Origin: Vitrella brassicaformis CCMP3155
Lineage: Eukaryota > Protista > Chromerida
DNA length: 64,000 bases
Assembly (NCBI GenBank): GCA_001179505.1
Contig: CDMY01000272.1
Span: forward strand, 76,613 to 140,612
Direction of reading: 5' to 3'
In this document: in pieces, positions 62,620-64,000 of the stretch
How the letters are laid out: each line of letters starts with the position of its first letter
How positions within the stretch are numbered: the first letter of the stretch is position 1
The notes under the pieces: generated by a model
Databases searched by the model: none
What the model saw: only the letters and a program-made list of their open reading frames with translations
Told to the model about the DNA's origin: nothing
Program-made: the position numbers and the translations under genes

Positions 62620-64000
62620 TAACTCGACAGAGGCACGCATCCGTCGTCCCACACGTCATGAAAGGGGTGGCTGCGCTAGCGGTATATCGACGTCGCCTTA
62701 GACAGCTTCCTGCCCTTGACCTACAAACACGCTTCCACCTGTATTATGCCACAGTGGCGCCTGTCTACCTGTACGGTAGTGAGCTGTGGGCGGGCACCAA
62801 CTGTGATGCTCTAGAGCGTCTCCATCGGCACTACTTGCTGTCATGTATGGGAGTCACTCGTCGTGTCTCTACTGAGGCCTTGCTGTGTGAGCTTGGTCGT
62901 TTTTCGGTGCTCTTCGAGGCGCGTTGTCGCCAGCTGTCCTTCTATATCCGCCTCCGCAATCGCAGAGCTGGCATCCTTGCAGAGAAGGCTTTTGCTGTTG
63001 CACAGCATGCGTATCGGTCTGCTCCGTCATTCCGGCGCATGCAGGGCAACGACGCTTACTTCTACATGCAAAAACACAACCCATTCACTCTGTTTGCACG
63101 CACATTCGATTTCATGGGCCAGCGTGTCCGGATTAGTCAGATTGGCCCGCTGAGTGCTATCGATATCAAACAGATGATCACGGCGCATACAAAGGCAGAG
63201 TTTGCTCGTATTTTGACCGAGCGATGGAATCGTGCTCGGTTGCCTGATATGCGTAACACTCCCTCACTTCCTCCGCCCCTCTCTCTCTCCGCCGAAGCGA
63301 TATCCTTACTGCCTTGGCGCACATATGCATGTGGTCAGACAGCTGTTACTCGTAGGGCCCTCTTTCAGGCACGCAAGGAGCTGTTCGTGGCATCCTCTCT
63401 GTTCAATCATGCCTTTCTTGTAGCATTTCCTCGCCTACATCGTTCCTTTCCGTCTCCCTTACGCGACTGCCCGTGTGACATGGACTCGATTGTGTGTATG
63501 GCGCCATATGTGCCTGCTGCTGCGTATATGGATGTGGTGCAGCAAGGGCAAGACTGGCTCCATCGCCTCATTCAGCTGTTGCCGTGCTTTCCTTCCTACC
63601 TGTCACTGCCGTTTCGTAAGCGCCGTGTTCTGTTTCTTTTTGGATGGACGCATCCTCGGCCGGCCGCGAGAGGGCAGCGTCTGCCCGTTTTGCTCGCACA
63701 GAACTGACTTGCTCGTATCTGCCGTGAGCCTTACTGGGCAATCAATCACCCGCCCTCCCATTGAGGATGAGTCTCGTATTTTTGCATTCTGTCCATTGTA
63801 TCGCTCTACTCGTGACACACTCCACACAGTTATCGCCCAGCATGGCGTGACTGCCCCTGACGCCTGTAGTTATCGTCGGTGGCGCAGGTCACATCCCATT
63901 GTGTTCACTTATTGTGTGCTGCAATTGGACAAACTGCCGGTGCTTTCTGCAGCGGCCGACTTTCTTCTGTCAGCACAGGCGACACGCACTAAGTGGCTTG
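62620..64000 (+). mobile_element. 5'-truncated, frameshifted non-LTR retrotransposon (LINE) ORF2 C-terminus
   Basis: Intronless LYYATVAPVYLYGSELW...LERLHRHYL...LLCELG is typical post-RT LINE sequence. A shifted frame from 63682 reads CPFC...IEDESRIFAFCPLYRSTR (zinc knuckle, His replaced by Arg). No RT catalytic YxDD motif is present. Confidence 0.85.

Noticed and set aside
1-64000. CRISPR arrays, rRNA, tRNA, prokaryotic operons
   Set aside because: No repeat-spacer arrays or recognisable structural RNA genes were seen by eye; the locus is spliced eukaryotic DNA. A covariance-model scan was not run.

Overview
This is GC-rich, intron-dense eukaryotic DNA with introns packed with microsatellites ((CA)n, (GGAT)n, (GACA)n, (GACT)n). 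The style and gene families suggest a chromerid alveolate such as Vitrella brassicaformis; that is an inference, not a database result. I reconstructed 16 spliced protein-coding genes by joining GT-AG exons by eye: PRL phosphatase, MFSD5-like transporter, cyclin L, spartin-like protein, an atypical Ser/Thr kinase, a NYN nuclease, a calcyphosin-like protein, a Nup98 autopeptidase-domain protein, a double-fasciclin secreted protein, an Rdx/SelW-fold protein with NPHP4-like domains, a large coiled-coil protein, a LOTUS protein, Tctex-1, a Myb protein, a synaptojanin-like phosphatase and a lineage-specific family member. There is also a degenerate LINE 3' end, a small copy of it, and four 300-N gaps. 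The most notable observations are: (1) a protein joining a dynein-stalk microtubule-binding-like domain to a Nup98 peptidase S59 domain that stops exactly at the HF cleavage site; (2) an Rdx-fold domain with CxxN in place of CxxC/U, fused to duplicated NPHP4-like domains; (3) 14 consecutive genes in strict divergent pairs. I saw no rRNA, tRNA or CRISPR. Exon boundaries and domain calls are manual and unverified.
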